The notes under the pieces: model-generated
The model's input: only the letters and a program-made list of their open reading frames with translations
What the model was told of the DNA's origin: nothing
Databases searched by the model: none
DNA from: Epiperipatus broadwayi
Taxonomy: Eukaryota; Animalia; Onychophora
Length of the DNA: 64,000 bases
Assembly (NCBI GenBank): GCA_028023455.1
Contig: JAQFVV010000009.1
Location: forward strand, 7,254,001 to 7,318,000
Direction of reading: 5' to 3'
Shown here: positions 10,876 to 22,869 of the stretch, in pieces
How the letters are laid out: each line of letters begins with the position of its first letter
Position numbering within the stretch: the first letter of the stretch is position 1
Translations under genes and position numbers: made by a program

Positions 10876-13800
10876 TGTGCCGGTCGGATTTGTATGTTCA
10901 CAAAACAAGATCTAGCAGCTAGGCAAAAGTACCTCGAATCCAATCGTGCGCAAGATACACAGGTCAGGAACACTCATGAACTCTGCCCTATTTGCCTATT
11001 TCCCAGATCTATAACATTATGAACAACAATCCTGATGACATCGACTTAATATACTTCTCACCGCCGGCATCGGTCATCGGAGACACAAAAAGACTAGGCT
11101 AAACTTATATGATAGACTAACTTAATAACTAGTTATATTTTATGAGCAATGAAGGCTCGTGACCTAGCACATTAATTATGTATTGAGCGGAGATCATCTA
11201 GTCATGTTTAGCACAAGTAATAACTTAATATTATATTAACTTAACTAAAAGAAAGCAATGGTTCGAGTTGATATATATATATTTAAGATTTATTAATAAC
11301 AAAATTATGTCGGGTTATTTAGCTGACCTTAGCCTCATGAGTATTATATATATGTGTTTGATTCATATTTAACGATAACATAAGATTTGCAGCTATGCCA
11401 ATAATATATATGTGTGACTTAATGAATTAGCGCTATTGGAATACATTACTAGAATACTATTACACCCCAGAGACGAAAAGAGCATTTATTTAATTTAAAA
11501 AGATAATAATTTTACAAGCAGATATTACATTTGATTATATTCAATATGATTATTAATTTGAGTTATAGATAATTAATGCACGGGGTGGATAATGAATAAT
11601 TTTATAAACGATACTAAATCTATCGCATTAATACATATATTAAACTAATGGAAATATGTCTGTTTAAAGAAATCATCTCATTACGGCTTATGGCTATTTC
11701 TGGGCGACTAATAGGACACTGAAAGGCGGTGCGTGCATGGCGGCTGATTGGGTTGGTCCAATTATGGATCCTGGAGTGTGCTTCGTGAATTTTAAGAATG
11801 AAGTTGACCGATTTCCTCTGCAAACATAGGCAGGGTCGGTTTGACGAATGAAGGAGTCCAAGATTCCCTGGAGTGAAGTACAGGCGAATCATGGACAACG
11901 AAGAGTGGTCGGCAACAGCTTTATTGGGCTGGTTTCCCAGATCGCTCCCCATATAAAGTATGCACATACGACCAAGTATGTCCCCAGGGTGGTTTTACAG
12001 CCTGGTTCAAGGACATTGAGAATGACGATGGGCTCGACTTAGCGAATACTTCCATGTGAGAAAGAAGCACGAATATATCTAAACGAAGTGGCCTTTATGC
12101 ACGTAACGCTTAATAATATAATATATATAACTCTAAAGATTAAAGATTATCGAAACATATTTATTGCCCATAAATTATGAAATATTCGGTGTAATGATAT
12201 GGCTTCACCAAGCAAACATGGATAATAATTATACTTAAATATAAAACAAAGCTCTTAAGATCACCCTCCCCCTTTACATTATGTTACTTAATATTGTTCA
12301 TTATTTCCCACTCATTTAATAAATCTCAATCTTGGTTAATCATTGCCCTTGTGAACATATATAAATTATTACAAAAATAAGTGGGTGGTGGTAATAGCTA
12401 AGATGGGTTTTACATATAATAATTTAAGAATAAGAGATAGCGCATTATTTAGGAAGGAAAATATAAAAAACAGATGTCAATCTGTTTTTCTGCAGTAAAC
12501 ATAAAAATATAATTAGCTTGTTTATCTAAAATCGCGAGCACCTGGGCAAGTCGAATCAGACTTGTTTTGATCAATTATAAGTTATTTACCCGATCAATGA
12601 TGGGTGGGGAAACGAAAATGAATTATATGCTTGTGATTTTAGAATATCATTGGCATTTCTTTTAATACATAAATCTAAATGAAAATTATTTGCCGCTTGG
12701 AAATAAAAGAAAAACATTTTATAGGAGGCTTAATATAGATTAGTTATATAGAGTTATAAGAATACATATTTTGAAGACATTTAATATAGATGATTAAAAT
12801 ATAAATATCACAGAGAAGGCAGGATTTAAGAATTATAAGCGGTCAAAGTTCTTTTACCTTGCTTATTTGGAAGAGCGATTTCACTAGGAGTCAGTCCATC
12901 GGTATTGTTTCACTAGATCTAGGGTAGCATTATTATTTGAAAATTAGCATTTCATTTTCATGCGAAAAATACATAAAGTTCATTAGTACGGGATGCAGAG
13001 CTTCGTTCATGGGAATGCATATTAGAAAGGAGGGAAAAGGCGAAATTTCCTACTCACGACACATTGTGTGAGAATCAAAACTGGCGTGGAATATGTATAG
13101 CAACATACTTATTTAGTGGTCTCTTCTCTTGTGGATTCAAATCCAGCTGTATATATACTTTTATTTTGAAGCTATAACTTAGCAACTACTGCTGGACCTG
13201 AGGCAGATTAAGCACTTAAAGGTTCATCTGGAATAGTTTGACCGGATACTCCTATCTAGTAAGATGTTTGAAACAATGCAAGTTTGTTATCAGATTCTCG
13301 AACGATTGTTTTAAAATAAATCTTATGATTTTAAAACAAGCTAGCGTGGCCAATTTCCACTAATGGGTTTATTTTATTATTACCAATTCGTAATCTTTTA
13401 CTTTTATCTAAGGGGTCTTCCAGGTAATTGTTTTTCGAGAGACTTTTTAACAAGATTGCATCATTTCTGGCTACAAAATTATATATGAAAAAATAATGTT
13501 TTATATATGATAACTTATATATAATATAACTTAATTAATTTATTCGCAATCTCCTACACTGAAATATATATATATTATTTACGCCCGCATACACATGAGA
13601 ATATTATTAAATAAAATATTTTTAAATTAAAATACATAAGTGTTTACATGGTTTATGTTATAATACTAAGCAAAGGAAATATATATATATATTATTAGGT
13701 ATGTATATACGTGCGTAAAGGTGGGTTTGAATACAGTTAGATGGTAGGAGATTGGATGTGGGCTGTGAAGCAGAATCTGAGCATCAGATCATCTGCTTCA
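10876..13800. mobile_element. TG...CA element B (2.9 kb, long solo-LTR-like)
   Basis: Ends TGTGCCGGTC...CTGCTTCA with a 4-bp TSD ATAC (10872-10875 / 13801-13804). The empty site is visible at ~5165. CpG-richer than its flanks. Confidence 0.8.
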
Positions 13801-14353
13801 ATACATATGTAAAATTATTAGAAGTCAAAGTAAAATCTAGGAACTATTTGTTAAAAATATATTAATGATTATATGGCTTATTTTATATCCATATGTGAAA
13901 TTATTAAACTAGAAGCAAATGAAATATATGAACTAGTGGTTAAGATTATATTAATTACTATGAACTCGATTTGATATTTACATTTGAAAAGCTCCACCCA
14001 AACTACATACATTTTATTTTATTAATAAATGGTTATATTGTTTTCAACGCACATATGCTAGTTTATAAAAATATCAATAACTCTGAGAACATGCAAACCA
14101 CTGAGGGATGTGCTGAAGTGTTATAGTAATGATTATGAATTGATGACAATTGTCTTAATTAATTCTAAGGCACACCGGGAGTTTCTTCAAATTGAAACTG
14201 AAAATTAAAAAATATTTTAGAATGATTGTAATCATAAAACCATTATCATTTTTGTAGTTGAATTTAATGATATAAATTTAAACCATGATTTTTAAGATTT
14301 GTAGAAATATGTAGGGGTTATTCTTATATTTGTAATTATATATATATATATAT

Positions 14354-16018
14354 TGTAACGGAAACACGCCGATCGAAAGCTTAACTTCCCTTTTATTTAT
14401 ATATTCAAGATCGTCCACTTTCCGCTACCGCAAGCAGAGAGAACATACGGACATAAACGAGTCTATATCCGTACTTGACCGAACCTGTAATTATACGGGT
14501 ATAGCCCCAGGTTATTTTTCTTGGTCAAATGTCTTTCAACTGCTGTAAGATTTACCAGAGTTACAGTGCTTGGATATTTATAAATTTTAATGGGATCAAA
14601 ATACTGCACCACTAGCTTCACATGTTAATTCAGCACTCAAAATGAGTAGTAATTATTTCCCCAAACCCTAAGACTATATTACTTTTTGGAGTGGCGAAGA
14701 ACGATACAAAACAGATTTAAATCAATAATAAATATTTAATACAATAAATTAAACAATAAAAGAAATACTTTAAATCATTTACACCAAATAAAAACAGATT
14801 ATTTGCTATAATGCTACGAGAAAAAATAAAATAAAAAGATCCTATAAATGATTGCACATTTATAAATTGTCATTCCGGGTATATATAAAAAAGTTAAAGA
14901 ATGTCTATCATTGAAAGTAAGAATTTGGCCATTGTCTAAATTAAAGGTATGTGCACATGGAATATAAAATGTAGTATACGTATTTACCTAGGTTATTAAG
15001 TCTCTGAATTAACTTGAAGTCTTGCTGACCGCCACGTGGAATTTCTCCACTTTTTTAGCAGGGAACGGTCGCTCTTAGGTTAGATTTTGGTTGTGGGAAC
15101 TCCTCCGCATTTAGGACATCAAGGACAAGGCAAAATGAATCCTCCGGCAGGCGCTACGTCAGCAGTTGTTACATCTAAACGGGAACCATTAGCACAGTGA
15201 GTCTGGATCGGCAAGCGATCACGACGGCTCTTAGCCAGCCATTCTTGATGAGGCACCGATGTTAGAAATCATATTTTGTTAACTATCGCTGCTTATTTCC
15301 GGAGCAGTATTTCCACCGTCTCGACAAGAAGTCTCTATCAATAGTCTAATCCTAATTATCAATTGAAATTTTTTAATTAAAAAAATTCCACAGTCCTTTG
15401 TCCTTTCGATCCTTTGTCTTCACTTTTATTCCCACCTTTCTTTTCTTAATGCGCCTTCGGCCATTTATATAGATTTGCTTTTACATAATTTCATAGTTCT
15501 ATTGCATTTATTTCTTTTTTTTTTTCTTTTACTTAAACAGATTTTTAATAAATGTTTTTTTTATTTTATTTTGACAAGCATTAATTATTGCTGTCTTCAT
15601 CCCGCTTCATACATGCATTTCGTTTTATTGTCAAGTGTGTACTTTTATGACCCAGATCCTTATCTTCGGTCATGTTTTTAAATTTCTATTTTACTCTTAT
15701 TTAAACTCTTCAAACTCTACTTTTTCTTATACATCATATTTTAGTTTGTCTTTCATTTATATTTCTTTATCACTATTAATTTTCTAATGTACAATTTTAA
15801 TATTTCTAACTTTACTTATTTTTCATTTCACCAAATCTTGACTTTGGAGGGTAAAAGATAAGAATCTTTTCAATTCTAATTCCCTCTCTTTTCTTAATTA
15901 AAACATTTCTTTGTTTATAATTTTTTAAACTCACTTTTTAGTATTCCAAACACAATATTTAATATTCTTTAAATGTTAAATATCTATATGTGTGATCACA
16001 GTATGTGCAATCATCACA
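14354..16018. mobile_element. TG...CA element C (1.7 kb) in an (AT)n tract
   Basis: Ends TGTAACGG...CATCACA with ATAT on both sides. It interrupts the host repeat, whose empty site is at ~5770. Confidence 0.75.
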
Positions 16019-16269
16019 ATATATATATATATATGCTTGTTGAACATGAAATATCTTATATTTATTGTGTATATCTTAGTTTTGGATTCAAACCCAAACT
16101 ATTGAAGTATTTACAATGAGAATAACCTAGAGGAACATATTTACTCATACATAATTCATTTTACCATTACAATGTATATGTATGTTAATAAATGATGATA
16201 AATATGTATAATTTATAGAATAGAAATTTAAGTCTCATCTATAGTAATAGGAAAATAAAATAAATAATA

Positions 16270-17080
16270 GTACTATATGTTAATGAACAATTGAAAACTG
16301 GCAAAGTGTAGGAAATTAATGTTGAAAAAATATTTGATAGAATGAATTGAGTTGTTTTGATGAATATTTTGTAAATTCAAGGATTATTAAATAAGCAATA
16401 GAAGAAATAGATGTAGATAGTGTTATTTTCTATATGGATAAAGTTACCATTATGTATAGGCAGATTATTTGCTCTTGTGGAGATGCTTGCAAATACAGAG
16501 ACTAAATTTAAGAAAACATTAAATAGAATTGATAAAATTCATAGAAAGTTTGAAATGAAAATGTATTTAAGTCAAAAACTTGAAATACAGAGGGAAGTGT
16601 GAAAAGATTAAGACTGACAGTTGGACAGGAAGTTATTGATTCAGATTAGTATTTTAAATAATTAGGATATTAAAATAGAGACAAAGATATTAGAATAAAA
16701 ATTTAAATTGCTAAAAAAAAGTTAGTAATAAATGTGAGGTTAATTGAAGTTGAATATAAGAGATTTATTAAGCAATTTAAATGCTTTTGAGATATGAATA
16801 TGGAGAAAAACTGAAAAAATAATTTTGAAGGATAAGATTAGCAAAATAGATTTTTATATGAATAAATAACAAGAGACTATTTATTGAGGGCATTATAAAG
16901 CAGAAGATGAAGTATATATCAGTACTAAGAGATAGCAAAATTATGGAAAATAGAGGATAAAAAGAAAAAGGAGAAAAGAAAGTTAATAGATGAGAATAAA
17001 TATATGTAATTATAGGCCATCATTCATTATAATAGAAAAATGTAATTAGGATAGATAGAGATGGTAGGCTATGTAGTAAT
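16270..17080 (+). mobile_element. Decayed LINE reverse transcriptase fragment
   Basis: Reads INVEKIFDRMN, which resembles the xDxEKAFDRV RT motif. Downstream frames are broken. Confidence 0.4.
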
Positions 17081-19048
17081 AGTAATTGAGGTGAAAACTG
17101 GAAAAGGAAATTGATAACTCTTATGTAAATTAGTAAAGAAAAAATTATCTATAAAGATTGAAAAAAGGTGAGCAATTGTTGTGCAGGATATATCTTTTGT
17201 TAGATAATTACTAAAAATGATATATAAAATTAAAATCCATTTAATGCTATAATAAGAGGTTTATTTGATATTTTTACACTGATGCATCTTGTCAGTTATA
17301 GCATTTTCTAAATATAATTTTTCAAGATTTGTATGAGATTGCAAAATTTTTACAATTATTAAAGATTGAAGAATTAGTTGGATATTATTATTAGATTACT
17401 TTTGTATTTGGGACTTCATTTTAAATCTGGATTTTTTATTTCCTAACCTAGGAAAAAAGTTAGTTTTTAAAGATATCTAAGAATACTAAATTGGATTGTT
17501 CATTACTGAATATACTGCTTAAATTGCTTTGCACAATGAGTTGTCAAAGGATTCATTATTATTTATTTATTTATTTGTAGTTTTAACTTTTGTGTAAATA
17601 GTGGAGAAAAATTCAATATAATAGATTACTTTTGTTTTGTTCAATAGTTGGAGTGGAGATAATTTTGATATTCCTTTTTACATGAACTTTTGTCATAAAG
17701 ATTAACAATAATATTTTTTATAATAATTTAAGTAAAAGAAGAGAAAAAAAAAACATGAAATAATTATAATGTGAATTTTAAAGACAGTTTAATAAGAAAT
17801 GATATATTTAGACAAAATAAAAGGAACATTTTTATAGCATATATCAATATTATACTTTTTTTTTTTTACAGCTAAAATCCCAAGGAGCCAATAAAATTAT
17901 CTACCAGGAAATAACAAAACATTAATTCTATCTGGGTTTAAAAGGTGCTAAATTGTTAGTGTTGACTAGTTGCTGAATTGGTATCCAAAACTTGATAATT
18001 GTTTAATCAAGGTTGATAACTATATTCATTAATATGGTGAACAAAACTTGCTGGAATCAATTATGGTTGGAAAATTAATGCTTATCAAGAAGGACTAACA
18101 AACATTTGTTAAGGGTTGAAGCCAAAAATAAAATCACAGCAGAATATCTTAGAGTAGAAATCATCTGAAAACTTGTTATTAAAATAATTCATGAGTTTCA
18201 CATGCAGAATATTTATAATTAGTCTGTCATTTTAAAATTACTGTTTTCTGGTGTTAATGTTATAATACCAAAGTAGTTTAACTTTTAATGAATTATTATT
18301 TATATTTCTCTTATCTATTGGAAGGATCTATATATGCCTGATTACAAATACAGAAAGTTAGGTGCTATTCATATTAAATGTGAAATGTTTGGAAAAGTTT
18401 GGCAGGTATAGTTTATTTTTTGATACAAATATTATTATAAGACAGTACTGTCATCTGTTAATATGATAATATTCTAATTTATACTGCCATGCAACCAGAT
18501 ATTAATTTTAGGAATATGAGAATGATTTTAAACATTTTTCATTGCTTAAATTTAGATTTTTTAAAATGGGGAATGGGTCTAATATTATCTTTAGGTACTG
18601 TTTAAAGATATGATGATCCTACACCACAATAATATAGATATACTAAATGTTCTCTTATTTTGTCTTACCTTTATAGAAAGTAGTGCTTTATAGTAAATTT
18701 ATATTATAGGCGTTCGGGAAGAAAATAATCATGATGGCCACCATTATTTTAATATGAATTGAATACTTTATAATAGTATATAGCTTCATAGAATTGTGGG
18801 TTGTTGCTTTTACAAGTATTTCTTACCCAGATCAAATAGTTATTTTTAGAATATCTTATTGGTTGTGTTTGGACTTTCTAATTTTAATAGTGCTTAATAA
18901 TTTTTGTTTCAGTCTCAGCATTATATTTATTATCAACAGTGTTTCTAACCCATTGATATAAATGTAAAAAGACAAAATATTTAAATAAAACTTTTAAATC
19001 TTTTATGTATGTAATATTTAAATTAAGATTTTTATTTTTATTTTATAG

Positions 19049-19141
19049 CTTCAGCAACCACAGCAAGTACTCTTAGACCAATCACAATCAGTTATAAGTC
19101 AAATGGAAAATTGGAAAACTGACCAACTAAATACTTATAGA
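19049..19141 (+). CDS. Host gene exon LQQPQQVLLDQSQSVISQMENWKTDQLNTYR
   Basis: ttttatag| acceptor and |gttagt donor; 93 nt, phase 0/0. An 80-nt intron separates it from the next exon. Confidence 0.8.
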
Positions 19142-19221
19142 GTTAGTGATTTTTTCCCCTTTATATAGTAGGATAATATTAAAGTTAATAATTTATATAA
19201 AATAATATTTTTATTTTATAG

Positions 19222-19321
19222 AAAGAATTTGAAGATATTAAAGTTAGTTTGCTAAATGAATTGAAAACTATTATTTCTCAAAGTACTGAGGATGGTCTAA
19301 CAGTAGCCAGAAAAAGTGCAG
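19222..19321 (+). CDS. Host gene exon KEFEDIKVSLLNELKTIISQSTEDGLTVARKSA
   Basis: ttttatag| acceptor and |gtagta donor; phase 0 in, phase 1 out; open frame. Confidence 0.8.
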
Positions 19322-19479
19322 GTAGTAATAATTATTTTGATAGTAGAATTTTAAGGATATTTGCAATATTCATATATGTATTTATATAATAAATTATAAT
19401 ATTTACTAACAAAAGTGTATAATTATTAAAAACATTAAAAGTTTATTGAAGGAGGGGGGGGGGTAATAATAAAACTGAC

Positions 19480-19800
19480 ACTCATCCACATTTTATTTTG
19501 CGTTCTTTGTTATTGTATTTTTTGAAGATAATGATGACCTTATGAAATCAACATGTGAGACTCATTTTTTTTTGTTCATGATTGTGTTGTGATATATTGA
19601 TTAGCTTTCATTTCATCATGATGTATAATACAGCAATTTTTCTCACTATGTATACATTTATACAATAACTATAAGTAAGATTTCTCTGATAGTTCTGTGT
19701 TTTAGCTACATGAACAAAAATGAGGCATAAATGTTAAATGTTTTGTTTGGAAAAAAATTCATAAATGTTAAATGTTACCATTATTTATGAAGAATGTAAA
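19480..19800 (-). mobile_element. Decayed PLE GIY-YIG endonuclease C-terminal remnant
   Basis: Broken minus-strand frames resembling C..vYIGE and DFxKVxIxxxxNNKERKIK. Confidence 0.35.
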
Positions 19801-20330
19801 GATAGAGAGTGTATAATAAAATATTCAATTCAGTAACATTCAATTAAGCAATTATTAGAACTATTATTTTTCTGAAATGTTAACAAGCCATCTTGACTAT
19901 CATATATAATTATAGTAATTAATAAGATATGTTCAGAAACATTCATTTATTACTTTCTTTACATGAAAAGTTTTTCATCTATATATTTGGGGGAAATCTG
20001 AAAACAATATTTGTATGAAATTATCTAGTAAGATTCTCCTGTTGTCTGCATTGCAAGAAAAAAAAACATCCCTTTTTTTTTTTTAAAAAAAAAATGTAAT
20101 TATTAAGTCATTCTTTTTTAGTAATAATAAAAACATTAACAAAACTAGTGCTTTAATTAAAATTTTGATTATGTCACAGTGAAAAAAGATTAATAGATGT
20201 TAGAAAGTTAGGTAGAACAATAATGATTAACTTGCACCTATAAGTGAATTGTTGAATATCAATCAAAAAATAATAATATATTCAATCTATCTTTTTTCTT
20301 TCCTTATTGGTTTGTAATTCAATTTATAGT

Positions 20331-20850
20331 CAAGATCTACTATGCTGGAAAGATTATAAACTTATGACTCCTTTAAATACTTACAGCTTAGCACTGCTTT
20401 CGACCAGGCCAGTCATATTCAAAGTATTAATATAGGTGTATAGAAAAGATAACTTATAAGTTATTAGTTTGCAAATTTGTGAATTTAAATATACCATCTA
20501 TGTAATAATGCAATATATGAGTCTTTTGTTTAACACATGGGTGTTATTTGTGATAAATCACACCTCAGGCCACAATTTCAATTCACTTAATATCAAAGTC
20601 ATTTGTGCTGAGCATAATGATCAAAAGAAAAAATATAAAGAGGCATGGTTTATCACAAATAATACAATAAACAAAAAAGTCACATTATCACACAGGTGGT
20701 ACATTTAAATTCACAAATTTGCATACTAATTAACCTACAAGTTCTCTCTTCTATATACCCATATTAGTGCTATGAATATGACCGGTCTGCTTGCTAAGCT
20801 GTAAATCTTAAAGGAATTATAAGTTTATAATCTTTCTTGCATAGTGGACC
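20331..20850. mobile_element. PLE 3' end with an inverted duplicate (palindromic insertion)
   Basis: Arms ~20331-20570 and ~20645-20850 are reverse complements. The centre and right arm encode GHNFNSLNIKVICAEHNDQKKKYKEAWFITNNTINKK, the PLE endonuclease C-terminus (ORF 20469..20708). A degenerate HHR-like GAC...GTCGAAA lies on the minus strand at ~20385-20425. Possible eroded TSD at 20318-20330 / 20851-20863. Confidence 0.7.
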
Positions 20851-21536
20851 TTCATTTTATATTGAAAATAATACTATACATAAAAACATAATCTTTTAGT
20901 TGTGCAACTTTATTTGAGTGTTATTGCTAGAAAATATAGTCAGCAGGATTATTTTATTTTAATGTGGTAAGAAGAAAAAATTTTTTTTCTGAGAATGGGC
21001 CCTTTTATCATCAATTACAGAAAGTATGGGAGAGTTTTTCATTTTGACCAAACCCAATCCTTAAATGGCATTTTGATGACATCTCGTATTATCATTATTC
21101 TAAAAAAAAAAACAGCCTTACTTCATTTACTAAGATGAGTGAGTTTCCACTTACTATGTGTATTCCATTTTAATACACTAGCAAACTCTCCCTATAGTAG
21201 TGCCTTACAGTGCAAGCATAAGAAATGGTGATCATGTGATATTATAGTGGTTCTATTCCATTTTCTGAATCTGCATAATTATTTGTTTCCATAGCAATCT
21301 TTTATAATAATATATCAAATCAAATATTTCATTACTTTAGCATTTCTGTCTATTTTACCAGTGATATCTGATTTCTCAATGAAGTAGAAAATAGAAGGTA
21401 ATAGATTGTATTGTATATCTATTGGATGCCAAGATTTAGCATAATGTATTATGTAGTCTTTTTTCTCATCATCAATATTTTCTTAATCCATACTTGGATA
21501 TTGTCATTATTAACAAAATAAATATATTCACATTCC

Positions 21537-21581
21537 ATATCAGAGCTTTCAAAACGTTCCAGGTATGCACTCATCAGTGAT
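21537..21581 (-). ncRNA. Degenerate PLE-type hammerhead
   Basis: atca-CTGATGA-(poorly paired stem II)-GAAA-GC-TC-tgat. Stem I is perfect and stem III is the palindrome AGCT. Confidence 0.55.
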
Positions 21582-22869
21582 GATTGTTGATACAATACTT
21601 GATGTACATACTATTTTTGTCTAATGAAGAAAAAAGTATTGTCTGTATAATCTAATGTTTATAAAACAGAAAGCTAAAATTTTTCATTATATAAATTAGA
21701 AATCTTAATCATATATAAGTATCAAAAACCTATTTGATGAAAAATAATAACAACATTGAAAATCTACATAAAAATATATATATATTATCTGAATTCTAGA
21801 ATTTTTATATATTAGAGAGGGTGTTGATCTTATTAATGTCATGTAAAATATGTAAGATAAAAAAAAATATTTACTATAAATCATTATGAAATAAATGTAT
21901 ATTTAAAATCTGTATAAAATTATAATATCTAAAATATAACATCTTGAAATATTTCAGTATATGAAAATATAAAATATAAGCTGAAAAACCTAAGTTGTTA
22001 AAGTTATTTAAGTGTGAAATAATAATAATAAAAAAAAGCTTTAGAATGCTAATATTTACAAACATATAAAAGAAAAGAAAAAATGTAAAATATATATATC
22101 AAATAATATTATAGAATCAACAGACTAAAATATTATGTAAATAATATATATATATATAAAAGGAAATATACAAGAAATAAAAAAAATTATTATATTCAAT
22201 AAATAAATTACTTTCTTATATTTAAAAAAATGGTAACTTATCTTTATTGTTTTATTAATTGAAGAAAAAGTAATTTTTTCAATTATCTAAAAGAACATGA
22301 TAGAAAAAAATATCAGAACAGAGAATTTATATCTAAACCAAACATCAACTGGATGAGATGTTTTAATCAATTCTGTTATAAAAACTGGAATTATAACCAG
22401 AACCTTGTTATCACCTTTTTTTATTATTATTATTTCTTTGTTGAGGGAAAGATAAATAATATTTTCATTTCGCAATATTAGATCTCATAAGTTAAAGCAA
22501 AATTGATTGAGGAAATGCATTTCATGTTTTTATTGTCAGGTAGAAAGTTTCTAGTAGTTATTTACAAACCAACACAGATTAGGCTAGAAGCTAATATGAT
22601 ATTAAAAATACGAATGACAAAAGGACTTCCTATGTATTTAAGGAAGTAATGTCAATCTTGTAATGCAAAGTAATTATACAACTTTTGTTTTTCAGTAAAA
22701 AAATTTAAATAATAGATATCACTATAACCAGATTTTGGACTTACTGTTTTGTACTTTCTTTTAATTTCACTTCAGTTTTACACTCACTATATATATATGG
22801 AAAACACTATAACAGAACAAAAACAAATTAAATAGATTGAGTATCCTTTTGAAGAGTAAGTGTCATAAT

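Larger units (their letters stand above)
7640..16150. repeat. Second copy of the 1.8 kb unit, split by three nested TG...CA insertions
   Basis: Removing 8446-10636, 10876-13800 and 14354-16018 restores collinearity with 4100-5905. Confidence 0.85.

Noticed and set aside
17872-18170. Strong polypyrimidine acceptor (tttttttacag) suggesting an exon
   Set aside because: All three frames hit stops before a convincing donor.
21020-21200. Short inverted repeat gggagagttt/aaactctccc (MITE?)
   Set aside because: Only ~10 bp match, with no clear TSD and no second copy.
22540-22645. Open phase 1/2 candidate exon (RKFLVVIYKPTQ...)
   Set aside because: The splice sites are weak, and exons 19321 and 32907 join in phase without it. 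It is left uncalled.
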